NCBI GenBank assembly: GCA_907165135.1 | Contig: OU015567.1 | Location: 1,798,001-1,862,000 of the forward strand | Source: Oikopleura dioica | Lineage: Eukaryota; Animalia; Chordata | Length of the DNA stretch: 64,000 nucleotides | Direction of reading: 5' to 3' | Part shown: positions 51,593-64,000 of the stretch, piece by piece | Layout: each line of letters starts with the position of its first letter | Numbering within the stretch: position 1 is the first letter of the stretch | Position numbers and translations under genes: made by a program | The notes under the pieces: model-generated | The model's input: the letters and a program-made list of their open reading frames with translations, nothing else | The model's database searches: none | What the model was told of the DNA's origin: nothing

Positions 51593-52910
51593 ATGAAAGA
51601 GAGAAATGCATTTGTCATTGTCATCGGTGGTGATGAGGGGGTCGGAAAGACCCTCATCAAATGCATGCTTCAGAAGAATCCAGGTATTCGCAATAATAAA
51701 AATTGTAAAATTGAAGCTGAATAAGGATCGTATTTTATGTTCGCTGGGCTCGATATGACAAAGCTTAGAAATGCTCTTCGAAAATTTCGAAAGCTTTCCT
51801 TCATGTCAGATATTAATTACATCCAGGAAAAGACAATAAAAAACGGAAAATAATTCCTTTCTTATCTTTGCCTTGATTTTGACTTGAAAAGAGCTTTCTT
51901 CTGACGACAAAAGCTTCCTGGAAAACCGGTATTACGTAAAAATGGCGGCTGTTGCTTCAAAATTTGAGTGCTACACTGGAATGCCTCTTACAGAGCTTGT
52001 ACTTGTCTGTACAAATAGCACCAAAAATGATCCAATGAAGGAGCTTGACTTGAGTTCAGCTCGGTCTTTCTACTCACAGAAATGATTTCAGATAAGTTTT
52101 TCGCAAGTTCTCTGGACACTTTTTCTGAAATCAACGAAGACAACATCCATTTATCTTCCGATCCTTAAAGCTTTCTACCGACTCGCAGCAAGATTTTCTG
52201 TCGACACAACGATCATTTCCGCTCTTTACGATTTATCAGACAAGGCAAGGGTTCAAGCATCAATACTCAATATCATGAAAATTTTTAACGAACCCGCGAT
52301 CGCCAGCCAAGCACATTATCTGGCCAAGTCGAGCGAGAAATTCTCAACGGCCTCATGGAATCTTCTTTTCGCGAACATCGTCGTGACTTGCGCCAAGTAG
52401 CCTTGGTTATCCTCGATGGAGTAGAAATCAATGCAAAGAACAAGCAAGAAAGCATCAAAACCGGCGTTGGAATTTTGGACTTGATCGAAAATCACAGCAT
52501 CATTGGACTCGCAAGAGAACATATTGGTACCTGGGCCCAGTGTGTTACCAAAGAGACTGCAAAAGCAGTAGAGGAACTTTCCTTTGCGAAGAAAATGTAC
52601 AATCTCATGGTCGGAAAAGTCAGCAACTTTGTTCAATTGGAATCATTTATCAAAAAAGAAGCGAGCTCTGGAAACAAAAAGGTTGGGAGAAGTTTTCATG
52701 ATTAAAATCATTTGAATTTAGGTGGAAAAGAAGATTCAGCGGGGAATTTTGAATTACTCGCTGATTGACACGAACAACAATCGTTGGCTTAATCGTGCCA
52801 GGTCCATTACTTCAAAAATTTCAAGCAAGACCTCACTGGGAACTGATGACAGCTCATCTCCGGAAGGGCTCCGGAAAGGAAATCGAAAAGGGAAAGCTTA
52901 TCCCTCTTGA
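51593..52910 (+). CDS. Divergent P-loop NTPase-like gene, poorly resolved
   Basis: MKERNAFVIVIGGDEGVGKTL (Walker A), and later VALVILDGVE (Walker B-like). Confidence 0.35.
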
Positions 52911-53738
52911 AAGCCATAGGAAATCTTTATATTCAATTAAATAAATTTTGATATGAAGTTAAATGGTTAGGCTTATAATCAAAAATAGAAAAAAACTGAT
53001 GATTTATGTATGAATCGTTTCCTGTACCAGTTTATGAAGCCTCTCAAAGATTTTCTTTATCGCAGAAGAAGACAACGAAGAATACTCTGATGATGAGGAG
53101 CCAAGTTGTCCCCTAGAAATTCGCCGCCACTCCACAGATTTTGCTGGAACTCATCAACGAATTTCGGGATGCAGGCAGCTCAAAAAGTAAAAATATATTC
53201 TCTCAGCCATAAATGAAATTTTAGCAAAACATCGCGAGAAATTCTTGAAGCAAAAGCGCCAAATGTAGCGAAGAAAATTATGCGTCAAAATACCATTTCG
53301 TAAAATGAATAAATCACGTGCTTTTTTATTCATCCTCTTTTGTTTATATATCATTTTTTGTTGCGTAATTATGTTTTTATAAAATTTCCTTTGTCTAAAA
53401 TTCGCGCCGCATTTTTTGCTTTCATCCCGATTCTGAGTTAGAAAAATGATTCTGAAAACGCTTTTGTACTAATTTTTAAAGTTCACGATTTAAATTTATT
53501 GAAGCGGGAGATTTTGTCGATCGCGCCATTTTTCTTCAAGAGATATTTCTTTCACACAAGAAGAAAAAAGAGACACTGTGCCACACAAAAACACCCCACC
53601 CATTTTTGGTCTCCTCCAAAAACAATTTTTTGGGAGTTTGGTCAGCCAAATCCTTTCTCACTCGCCTTGAGCAACTCCAGGCGACAAGAGCCTAAGAAAA
53701 CTTTTCAGAGAAATTCCTTTTTAGACATTTTTAAAAAG

Positions 53739-55754
53739 ATGTCACTTTCGAATACGATCAAGCGGGCTCTCTCTGCCTCGCCCAAGGTCTTGGCCGCTGA
53801 TAACCCCAAGTTCTACGCCATGGTTTTGGACTTTACTCAGTCCTCCGCTGATATTCTCGAGAAGGAGCTTCTCAAGCAGAATGAGCTCAAGATCGGTCAT
53901 GATCTCCAGATGCGGGAGGACCAGGTCAAGGCCATGGAACGAACTGTTGACCAGAAAAAGAAGGTAAAAGCCGCAAAGGTCAATTAGGTTTTATCTTTTT
54001 TTTCAGACCATCGAAGGCATCTTCGACTTCATGCTTCCCTGCAAGTCCATCATCGAGACCAACTTCCGAGTTCGAATGGACGACGGTTCCCACAAGGTCT
54101 TCTCTGGCTACCGAGCTCAACACTCTCACCACCGACTCCCCACCAAGGGTGGCATGCGATACGCCCCCGACGTCGACATGGACGAGGTCAAGGCTCTCGC
54201 CGCTCTTATGACCTGGAAGTGCGCCGCTTGCGACGTTCCCTTCGGTGGTGGAAAAGCCGGTATCACTCTCGACTCGAAGGCTTACTCCGTTGCCGAGTTG
54301 GAGCGAATCACCCGAGCCTTTGCTCAGCAATTGAACAAGCACGGTTTCCTCGGACCCGCCGTCGACGTCCCTGCCCCAGACATGTACACTGGTGAGCGAG
54401 AAATGGCCTGGATGGCCAACGAGTACCAGCGATTGAACCCAACTGACCTCAACGCCCCTGCCTGCGTCACTGGCAAGCCCATCTCCCAGGGTGGTGTCCA
54501 TGGTCGAGTTTCTGCCACCGGACGAGGTGTTTTCCATGGAACCGATCTTTTCATCAACAACCAGGTTGATATCCAGAAACCCATTGAATCTAACATTTTC
54601 ATAGAAATACTGCGACATGATTGGCCTTACTACTGGATGGGAAGGCAAGACTTTCGTCATGCAGGGATTCGGAAATGTTGGCTTCCACTCTGCCCGATAC
54701 TTCGCTCGAAAGGTAATTTTGACTCACATTCCGTTCGATTTTCATTACGCTTGATTCTAGGGAGCCAAGTGCATTGGTATCTCCGAGTACAACGGTGATC
54801 TTTTCAACGAGAACGGCATCGACATTCTCGACCTCGAAGACTACAAGCTTAAGAACGGCGGTTCCATCGTTGGCTATCCCGGGGCCCGAGCTTGGAATGC
54901 TGAGACTGAAGGTCCTCTTATTGAGGCCGAGTGCGATATCCTCGGTGTTTGCGCTAAGGAGAAGGTACTTGCTCTTTTCATACACTTTTTCCAACCCTTG
55001 TCTAGGTCATCACTGCTGACAACGCCCACAAAATCAAAGCCAAGATCCTCTCCGAAGGTGCCAACGGACCCATCACTCCCAAGGGACACGAAATCCTCGT
55101 CAAGAACAACCAGCTCGTCATCCCCGATCTCTACCTCAACGCTGGTGGTGTCACCGTCTCCTACTTCGAATGGCTCAAGAACCTCAACCACGTCTCTTAC
55201 GGTCGACTCACCTGGCAGTTTACTGAGGACCAGAACAGAGCTATCCTTGGTAAATTTCAAAAGAGAAGTTTTTAATTTTAATCTTATTTCAGGCTCCGTT
55301 GCCCAGTCCCTCGCCGCTGCCGGCCAAAACATCCCCATCAATGCCAGTGAAGAACTCGAGGTTGACCCTTATAAATGTCGCTTTTCTCACTTTTATTTAA
55401 GAAATCCATCCACGGCGCTTCTGAAAAGGACATCGTCCACTCTGGCCTCGCCTTCACCATGAAAAGAGCTGGTCTTAAAATCATGGAAACTGCCGATGTG
55501 AGTCATTCTTTTCGATTCTAGTGCTTCACAAAGAGTCCAGTTGGAAACGCATTTGCACTCGATAAATTTAGCGAGCTTAGCGCGCGAGTGTCGAAATTGG
55601 GCGTGAACTCGAGTTGACTCTAGAACTAAAAGTGCGGACACCCATCAATTTACTTTTTAAGGAATTCAACCTTGGCCTCGATGTCAGAACCGCCGCCTAC
55701 ATCTCCTCGCTTAGAAAAGTTTACGAAGTCTACTCCCAGGCCGGCTTCAACTAA
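53739..55754 (+). CDS. GLUD1: Glutamate dehydrogenase (animal GLUD type), 8 exons
   Basis: [101 protein letters not shown]; strong codon bias; all introns GT-AG. Confidence 0.97.
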
Positions 55755-56532
55755 ACCAGATTCAAATAGCAGAGACTTTCCAGCATACTTGTCAGATTCA
55801 TAAACTGTTCTATTTTTCAAATGATTGTACAAAATATATATTCACAAAAATAATCTTTTTATCTGATTTATAAGGCAATTGATGTCGGAAAATTATCATT
55901 GGGGCTAAACCAAGCATGAACTTTAAGAACCTACTTGACAAAAACGTATATTTCTGACTTAACTAACGTCAATAAACTCTTGTCAAATTTTAAACAATCT
56001 TTCTGCTGATAATCTAGGGATTACTGAAGTAACTCGGCCTTCAACTTGTCGCTTGTTTGGCAGCTAATGACCACGGATCTCAGAAAGGGCAGTTCATATG
56101 AGCATTTCTGACCATTTTGGGTTATTTTGGAGAAGAAAGCCAAAAAATTTATTGCAAGATTCATAAACGATCTTTCAAGACATTAACTCAGGATCCACAA
56201 AGGTTTACGAGCGAGCCGGTAATACCGGTCCGGTATTCCCAATTCTCACTTTTACCGTTTTCCTCAGCCAGAGTTCAAATGAAGCCAGAGCTCATGAGAA
56301 ACTGTTCCGATAGCCTTATTTTAATTCGTTAATTTTATTCGTCCTTCAATATTTACGTGTCTTTGTTCATTTCTAAATATTGATCTTATTGATGACTTAT
56401 CGTGATCACTCGCAAGAGTGGGAGACCCCGCGCGCCCTCTTTTTTTGGATTTAAAAACAGTTTTTACCGACTTTTCTACATTCCTTCATTATTTGTTTTT
56501 TTTCGAGCAAATTTTCTGAACAAAAATCGTAA

Positions 56533-57157
56533 ATGTTGCTTAACATTGTAGTGATGATGACAACCGCTGTGGGTGCTCAATCTCATGTAGAGAATCTCAA
56601 AACCTGGATGCGTTTTTATAATCCTTCTTTTGATTCGAGAAAAACCTGGGTATACGGTTGTCATTGTATTTTTACAGGAAAAGGGCTACAGGAAAACGAA
56701 AGATGTCTTTTCGTAAAGATTTGATTTTATGAAAGACAAGGATTTTAGCCCACGAATAGCTGATGATGGATTTAGCCATCCGACGAATGGACTTCCAGTT
56801 GATGCTCTTGACTTGTCTTGCAAAGCATACAAAGACTGTCTCAAATGTGCTAGTGACATCTACGGTGAATTATGTAAACCTGAACTGGAATATTACAACT
56901 TCCGAAGCTTCCTGAGCTTCGCCTTGAGAGCACAAGAATGCACTGATTCGGAGGGTACTTGTGCTCGGACTCTCTGCGAATGCGACGCTAGGTTTGCAAA
57001 GGCTCATGCTGATGCTGTCGGAGTATTTAACGAAAATTACCACATGTTCTGGTCAACATCGGGATGGAACTCTGACAACGAATGCGTTTCAAGTCCTCCT
57101 TCCGTAGGGCTCTGGAGCTTTAATGGCGTTAAATCCCGGCGAAAGAAGAGTTGTTGA
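56533..57157 (+). CDS. Secreted phospholipase A2-fold protein lacking the catalytic His-Asp
   Basis: Signal peptide, YGCHC, PVDALDLSCKAYKDCLKC, CARTLCECDARFA; GA-AG intron 56678-56759. Confidence 0.78.
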
Positions 57158-59236
57158 AGAAAACTGCAAAATCTATGCAAAAATGTTTTCTGAAATTAGT
57201 TTCTCTTTTATTTAAAAAACAAAATATTCGAAAAATCAACTCGTTGTTTGGGACAAATAAAATACTTTTTGTTTCTCCTTCTGAGAAAAATTTATTCCCT
57301 GAAAATGGGAAAGAGATCGAATAAAAATACGGACCGTAGGTCGAATCAATTAAATGCAGCGTTGGAAGGGAAAGAATGCGCGGTCAGATAATTTTCGCAA
57401 AAAGCAAAAATTAATCCAGCCAATTTGCAAACAGCTCTCTTTTTCCTTCAAGTCAACTCTCAAATCATCCAAACTTGAGAAATACTTCAAAAAGATAGAA
57501 AAAATTGGCAAAAATGACTGATGATTTTGATACAACAAAAATGTACGCAAAAATTTTGCAGGTAAAAAAAGCAAAGGAAGTGAAACTTATTGCGAAAGAC
57601 TCAATGCAAAAATTTAAAGGTAATAATCATCGGAGGATATATTTTCGTCTGCATCTGTGTGATTCTCTACGCTTGGGTCGAGTTGGCCAGATATATTCGA
57701 GAAAAAATCAGGCCGGAACATTCGGCAAAAGGAAGCGTTCATTATTTACTTGCAACAGGTACATTTTCAAACTACACAGCAAAAAATAGGGGAATTTTAG
57801 TCTAGATAATAATGATAATCTTCAGTTCACGGCGACAATACTTTCAACTGCCAGAATTTCAAGAAATATAATTATGTTCACAAATAAAGTTTTTCTTTTG
57901 CCTTCACTTGAATTAAAAATTCTCAACGAAAAAGTGAAAGTCCAGATGATAAAATGCAAAAAGCAGGTTAACTCAAAATTTTGGGGAAGCCAGGTGTGAG
58001 GCAGATGGATCGCGTGGTCAAACTCTTGCCTTATCGATTTTGGTCAAGTGGCCATGTACTTTTCCGAAATCAGCGAAACTGAGCTTGATCTTCGCATAAT
58101 GAGCTTTATCGATGGATTGCCCTGAAATTCTGAGCATGGGTAACAACTCTCTCAGAATTCTCACGATTGCTTCTCTCCCAAAAAAAGGGTTAAGAGGCAA
58201 GACGTTGAACATTTATTCTACTTTTAGATTTAAGCACTTCCAAATAGTCTATTTGAAATAGATAGGCTTACCAGACTAAATTTCGGGCCATTTTTCTAGC
58301 TTAGTTGGGGGGAGTAAGATTGAAATAAGTAAAATAAAGAAGCCACTAAAAATATTTTCCGATTTTAACATCATCAGTCAGCAAGTATCCGAGTAAGAAG
58401 AATTGGAGTGTTCATTAATAAAAATAATCATTGTCAAGAAATAATTGGTTCCAAAATTGTAATATTCTTTGATAAAAACTTTTCTTGTAGTCTTTCGTTT
58501 TTTATGTTCTAGACTTGTTATTTCTTGAGCGGTCTGATCATGTGACATGATTCATGTCTTTTCCTCGAAAAAAATGCACGAAGCTGAATTCAGATTTTCG
58601 GAAAATTCCTTTATTTCTTTCGTAAATAAACTCAGCTAAGTGAAAGATGACAAGTTATGATTGATAATAATCCGTTGCCTTTTTTGTTTGATTTAACGGG
58701 GTTGCTTTCCAACTGCGGTCAATTTCATGAGTGAAAGGAAGAAAAAGTCGCCTCCGTTTGAGCCGTCGAGTGTGGATTTCACGGCCTCTCGGGAGGTTTC
58801 CTGCTTCGGCTTGTCATTTTTTGCAATCGATATCGCTCGTGCGGCGGGTGCTCCTCCTGTCTTCGCGCTCGGCTGATGGCGCCCGTGCAGCTCCCCTGGG
58901 TACCCCTCGCTCCACCTAAGGCGACCACCCAAAAATAAAAACCTAGACACCCTTACATACAATCCAAAGAATTCATCGATCGAGCAAGCTATCAATTCTC
59001 ACAAGAAAAAAAAACACCAAGAAAAACAACTAAAAAGCCAAACTTACAGGTAAATTAACGATAAGAGAAGAAGGTTGAAAAAAAAATAATTTTTTCCAGA
59101 GAGAAAAATCTTTCTTTTTTTATGATCGAAATTTTCTTTCATCAGTTTTTCTAGACTTCCTTGCCAAACCGCGCATTAGCTTATCGAAATTCAAGTCTGA
59201 AAATAGAATTTACTAAATTGATTATTTTTAGCGAAA

Positions 59237-60980
59237 ATGATCGAACTTTCGTATATTCCAACCCAGCCGCCTCAACTCGAGCCTTCCACCATCAAAACAG
59301 AGAACTTTTCTTCCTACCTTCCAGACTTTCAAGAAATTAAGGAAGAAGCCTTTCAATCCTACGACAGCCATTACGTAACCGCCTTCCCCGTACAAAACAC
59401 TTACGCCTCATTTACTCCGGATTACGGGCAAATTTACACGCCAGAAACGACAATTCAAAGCGGTCAAGAGCAAAATCGAACTTCGCCGCCCTTGACCCTT
59501 GCCGCTAGTCTTCCACCCCCAGAGAATGCCAATTCCAATAATGTCGACCAAACGAAGATCTTTCTCCAGACTCCCCAGACGCAAACTTACATTGCGACTT
59601 CTATTCCCGAGGGAGCGTACACTGTTTTTGAAGAGATCCCAACTGACTTTTCGAACTCGTCGAATTCGAACTCTTCCTATGCTTATCCGATTTCCCTCTC
59701 AATCAACCCTCCTACAACAGGTAAAATTTAAACAAAAAGCCCCTTACAAAAAATCGCGAAGCCGCTTGCGGCTTCAAGTAGAAAAAAGAAAATAAGCCAC
59801 TTTTTTTGCGGCTCAATTTTTTAAGATCCGAAGCCGCAAGCGGCTTCTCCATCATTGGCATTGATTCATTGCTTAGAAACCTGTGTTGAAAACAGGGCGG
59901 TATAATTTGCATTCTTGTAAATAATCTCGAAAATTTGCGAGATTAATCTTCTTTGGAAAAAGATTCTGAGATTAGTCAAGACTGGACTAGTTTCGAGATT
60001 AATCTTTTTAGCGAGGGTCGCGTGGCTCGGGGGAAAAATTTTGGTGGCGCTGGCGAGCTGTGAGCAGTGCGAGGCGGCGCGGACAAAATTTCAAGCTGCG
60101 CTCCAAGCATGTTTGAGTTTCATTTTTCTCTCGCGCCGTCGGCCATTGGTCCACCAATCACAGCGCGCGTTTCAAGATTATTTGAAATAATCTCGGAACT
60201 ATTTCGAAAATTTCCCGAATTAATCTTTTTTATTCAAACAGACTAATCTCGCGTCGAGATTAATCTTATAAGAATAAATGAATAGTCTTCGGAAAAAAGA
60301 CTATTTACAAGAATGCAAATTATACCGCCCTGGTTGAAAACCTCAGTCAGGATTGAAAAAAGCTTTAATAAAAGCTAATTCTAGATATGCTTCCCCAACC
60401 AACTTTCCAAACTTCCACTCCCGACCACCAACATTCCACCCAGTCCTCCAATGGTCTTCCGATGGACACGAAAAAGGTCGCAGAAGACATTCTCTCCGAA
60501 CTGAAGCGCTACAGTATTCCACAAAGCGTCTTTGCGAACAAGATTCTCGGCCGAAGCCAGGGCACCTTATCCGATCTCTTGCGAAATCCGAAGCCGTGGG
60601 ACAAATTGAAAGCAGGGCGAGAGACGTTTCGGCGGATGGAGCAGTGGTTGCAGCAGCCAGAAATGAAACGAGTTACAGAGCTTCAACAGGCAACCCGTCT
60701 GGCGGGGAGCATGAAACAGCAGCAAAAGGATCTCAATTTGCCCAGACAAAAAGCGAAGAAGATCAGAAGGATCTTCACTGATTCGCAGAGACGAGTACTC
60801 CACAATGTCTTCAAGGTAACATTTCAAATCACTCTTTTCCTTTCCTTATTTTTCCCTCAGACAAACAATCGCCCAACGAAGGAGCACCAAATGGCGTTGG
60901 CCGAAGAACTGAACCTTGAACTCTCCACAGTTTCGAATTTCTTCATGAACGCGCGCCGCCGCCGCCTTTCGCCCGTCTAA
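59237..60980 (+). CDS. ONECUT: Onecut (CUT domain plus homeodomain) transcription factor
   Basis: DTKKVAEDILSELKRYSIPQSVFANKILGRSQGTLSDLLRNPKPWDKLKAGRETFRRM; homeodomain with VSNFFMNARRR; introns 59721-60384 and about 60817-60860. Confidence 0.95.
59755..59847. repeat. AAGCCGC hairpin cluster in Onecut intron 1
   Basis: gaagccgc-tt-gcggcttc 59758-59775; gaagccgc-aa-gcggcttc 59830-59847. Confidence 0.85.
59893..60332. mobile_element. 440-bp non-autonomous hAT-type MITE
   Basis: Perfect 31-bp TIR cagggcggtataatttgcattcttgtaaata (59893-59923 / 60302-60332); 8-bp TSD GTTGAAAA (59885-59892 / 60333-60340); subterminal GAGATTAATCT repeats. Confidence 0.93.
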
Positions 60981-61845
60981 ACTGCCAAATTCCAGCCCGC
61001 AATCCGTTCTTTTCTTCCTCCTATCTTTATCAAGCTGTAAATAATAAACACGTCCCTATTTAAAACCAACCACAAAGTCGTCAATAATAACTGCTTGAGC
61101 TTCTTCTTAGGCTTAAATTACGATATCTTTCCGTTTAAAAAAAGCTCATTAACGAGAGTGAGTCGGAAGAATAAGGTGACAGAGAGCATGAAAAGATGTT
61201 AAAATTCATAAATAAATAGACCTTCAATGAGATAAAAAATTAGGAAATATTGAGATTTTCTTTTGTTTTAGAAAAATAAAGTTGGATTTTTTTGATTCAG
61301 TAGCATCTTGTGGTCAGATAATGATGAAATGATGTTTGGCGGACTTCCGGCTCTTCTGCGCAGCGAAATTTTCTAAGCCTAATTTATCGGTTGGCAAAAA
61401 ATCGATAGTCGCTCCATCTGGCTGTCGAGGATCGGCGAGCTTCACTGAATTAGGAGTCCCCTCATCGGCCCCTCCCGGGATTAAGGCGCTCCCCCGCGGG
61501 GACAGAAGGTCTTACAGGCCATCTGCTCCCTTCGCGGAAAACTTATTGCCGAGGGTGACATTTTTGTTTATATGCAATAATAAATAGGGAGCGTATAATA
61601 ATAAAAAAGGCGCTGTAAAAATGACGAAACCGAGCTCTAACGAAAATTTGACATGTGAAAAAAATCTTGACATGACTTTTCTTAAAAATCGTCCCTGTCA
61701 TCCTTAGAAGGTCATTTCTGCGATTATCCCACATTTTCAGACCTAGAATTCCTCTCAAGAAAAAACAATGAAAGTAAAGAGAAAGAGAGCTCAATGCGCT
61801 TTTTGCAGGAAAAAGGGCCAGTTGAGAGTAACTTTAGTTCCTTAA

Positions 61846-62393
61846 CCCCTATACGGTATAGGCTATACCCGAAGTGTACAATTTTTGTCGATTTCGGGAT
61901 ATAATCGCCCGCCGAATAGAGCTGGTGGGTCAGAATGACCTGAAAACTCAAATGAGTATTTGCACAAGACTTGCGCACCTTTCCGCAAAATTTCCGTGTG
62001 ATAAGCCCAGTGAGCACTGCACCAGTACTGATTTTCTCACGCCACCTCGCGCGCTCCAAGGAAGAAAAAAATTTCCTTTACTTATTTTTGCTTCAGTTTT
62101 AGTTTATTCTTAGGTTTTTTAGTATGGAGAATTCGAAAATCACCGTTAAAAATGGCTCAGATGAGTATTTTTCATAATTATCACATAATAAATTTTATAG
62201 TGTTAAAATTTCTTTCCCCAATGTCAGCACTAAATATCAATTTTACGGAAAATGTAAAAGTGCAGTTCGAAAGAGAATGGTGAACTTAGTATAATCTGAT
62301 ACTTTGAAAAGATTATCTCGAGAGGAAGGCCAAATCGACAAAAATTGTACACTTCGGGTAAGGGGGTTCTTTAGGCAGCTTCGCGTATAGGGG
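61846..62393. mobile_element. 548-bp non-autonomous piggyBac-type MITE
   Basis: TTAA on both sides (61842-61845, 62394-62397); terminal IR cccctatacg; perfect 29-bp internal IR at 61866-61894 / 62332-62360 with asymmetric spacers of 10 and 23 bp. Confidence 0.9.
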
Positions 62394-62413
62394 TTAAGGA
62401 AGGTCTTGTAATT

Positions 62414-63328
62414 TTGATTCCAGGTGATTACGAGTTGAAATCAAGGAAGAGAACTCTATTTTTTCTAGTGGAGACGAAAAAGCTAAAATCGTATGATGCG
62501 GAAAAATCGAAATTATTTGCTAATCATGGTTTCGGAACTTGGAGGCAAAAGAAAAATTATGTTGTTTATGGGAGCATTTTCTGGATCATCGTCATGATTC
62601 TTGCGAACATCATCAATTTTGAAAGGACAAAATTTCGACCTGGAATTGGATCCTTTTGCGTGAGAGAGTATAAACAGTGCACAGGGATGTACATTTTGAA
62701 GTTCGAGTACAACTCGTGCTCGAGTCCATTGTACAGTTGTGCAAGCATATACAGTGATGATTATGGCATTTTCAACTTTCCGGAAAAGATCATTTTACCG
62801 AATGAGAAAAGAACAGCTGTCAAAGAGGTCTTCACAGACGAAGAAACAGAGCTGAATCGAAATCTTTGTTTCCAGACTGCTGGTTTATCAAGAAATCTCT
62901 GTGAAAACTTATGTTTCCAAGGTCACTTAAGTTATTATGAAGATGAAAGATATTTGACCAAGACTTATGACCCTTCTGGATTTATTGATCAGGCTCCGAC
63001 TTATAATCACACAAAGAATATCGAGTGTTTGGCGATTTGCAAGTACGCTTCTGGGATTCAAGACAGGGACGATTGCCCGCTGGAAAAGCGATGTCGAGAA
63101 GGCTGTCCGTGCAAAGGGTACAAGTGCGTGAAAGACTACCCGAGAGATGACATTGTTTTAATCAGAAAATATCACAAATACGATCAAGTTGCATTTCACG
63201 ATGAGGTCGGCTTATATAAAATGTCACCAAGTCCGTTTGTTATTAAAAGGATCCAAAGTCAATATCTTCGACATTTTATAAGTAGGGTAAACTTACAAAA
63301 AAATCAACTTTTAAACGGCAAATGGTAA
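62414..63328 (+). CDS. Lineage-specific Cys-rich membrane/secreted protein (continues 3')
   Basis: Hydrophobic segment YVVYGSIFWIIVMILANII, then CENLCF...CLAIC...DCPLEKRCREGCPCKGYKC. Confidence 0.5.
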   Translation: MIPGDYELKSRKRTLFFLVETKKLKSYDAEKSKLFANHGFGTWRQKKNYVVYGSIFWIIVMILANIINFERTKFRPGIGSFCVREYKQCTGMYILKFEYNSCSSPLYSCASIYSDDYGIFNFPEKIILPNEKRTAVKEVFTDEETELNRNLCFQTAGLSRNLCENLCFQGHLSYYEDERYLTKTYDPSGFIDQAPTYNHTKNIECLAICKYASGIQDRDDCPLEKRCREGCPCKGYKCVKDYPRDDIVLIRKYHKYDQVAFHDEVGLYKMSPSPFVIKRIQSQYLRHFISRVNLQKNQLLNGKW

Positions 63329-63586
63329 GGGAATGAAACTTGGCCAGATGATAGATGGTCAAAAACGACTTTTCAAAATTTTTTTTTGGGGAAGAATCTC
63401 TATTGTTTTTCATCCCTTTTTCGTCCATTTCCTTCTAAAATTTTTTAGCAATAAGATAGAAAAAAATGAAGGCAACCAATAGATTCGCCTTGAATCACTG
63501 ATTATTTTCCACTAAAAAAATTTAGTAATCGGCCTCACATGACTTCAGAAAAAGGAAAAGAAGCTGTAAGTCTTTGTTATTGTCTT

Positions 63587-63715
63587 GGAGGACCCCCTTG
63601 GAGGACTTTATCTGCTGGAAGACCCGATTTTTAAAAAATTTTTTTCAAAGGCCAAATCTACATTTTGGCCGAATATTTTGGCCTTTTTTGGCCGGAGGAA
63701 CCTGGAGGACCCCTC
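63587..63715. repeat. GGAGGACC/GGCC repeat, related to 1988-2165
   Basis: ggaggacccccttggaggac...atctgctggaagacc and ggccggaggaacctggaggacccc; follows a gtaagt donor at about 63566. Confidence 0.55.
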
Positions 63716-64000
63716 AAATTGAAAACAAATGCTGGAAGAATTATTTTTTTTTCATTTAAAATAAATATCAAATATTTTTTAATTCAATTTATTATATTAT
63801 GTCGGTAAGTAACGAGGCCTTCTTGATCACCATCGTAGTTTTTGTTGAAATTGTCGAAGTCGAAGTTGTAGTAGAAATCATCGTTTTGTTGCAACTCCTT
63901 GTTGTTGAACTGGGAAAAGGCTAAAAATAAATTAATTTTGTTTAAAATATTCTTTCATATCTTACCATGCAAATAGCCTCCAGCATAGCAAAGACCTCCA

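Noticed and set aside
53980-55341. Long antisense ORFs (226, 131, 155 aa) opposite GDH
   Set aside because: Expected shadow of strong codon bias in a highly expressed gene.
55499-55660. Stem cactcg/cgagtg in the last GDH intron as possible snoRNA
   Set aside because: No convincing C/D or H/ACA box arrangement.
58018-58212. 64-aa minus-strand ORF after an AG acceptor
   Set aside because: Protein-like but no recognisable motif or linked exons; not supportable.

Overview
AT-rich, gene-dense animal genomic DNA with very short introns (many about 30-50 bp) and at least four AG|GA...AG non-canonical introns. This combination points to the larvacean tunicate Oikopleura dioica or a close relative (inference, no database search). 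Recognisable genes: M14 carboxypeptidase B-like, C2H2 zinc finger, TSSK kinase, DEG/ENaC channel, a divergent Ser/Thr kinase, SLC43 transporter, XK-related scramblase, O-fucosyltransferase-family GT, glutamate dehydrogenase, a catalytically dead sPLA2-fold protein and Onecut, plus several lineage-specific Cys/Thr-rich proteins. The most interesting signals are mobile or repetitive. (1) The single TSSK intron looks like a TIR element whose 5-bp target duplication supplies the acceptor AG and whose TIR supplies the donor GT (introner-like intron gain). (2) A dispersed family of REP-like AAGCCGC-loop-GCGGCTT hairpins, with TIRs containing a palindromic TGA(C/G)TCA. (3) A hAT-type MITE nested in the end of that family inside the Onecut intron. 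(4) A piggyBac-type MITE with bipartite TIRs. (5) A 57-bp hairpin satellite that flips orientation at about 440. A small domain resembling bacterial hypothetical proteins lies next to, or is fused with, the divergent kinase. Multi-exon gene coordinates are hand-derived and approximate.
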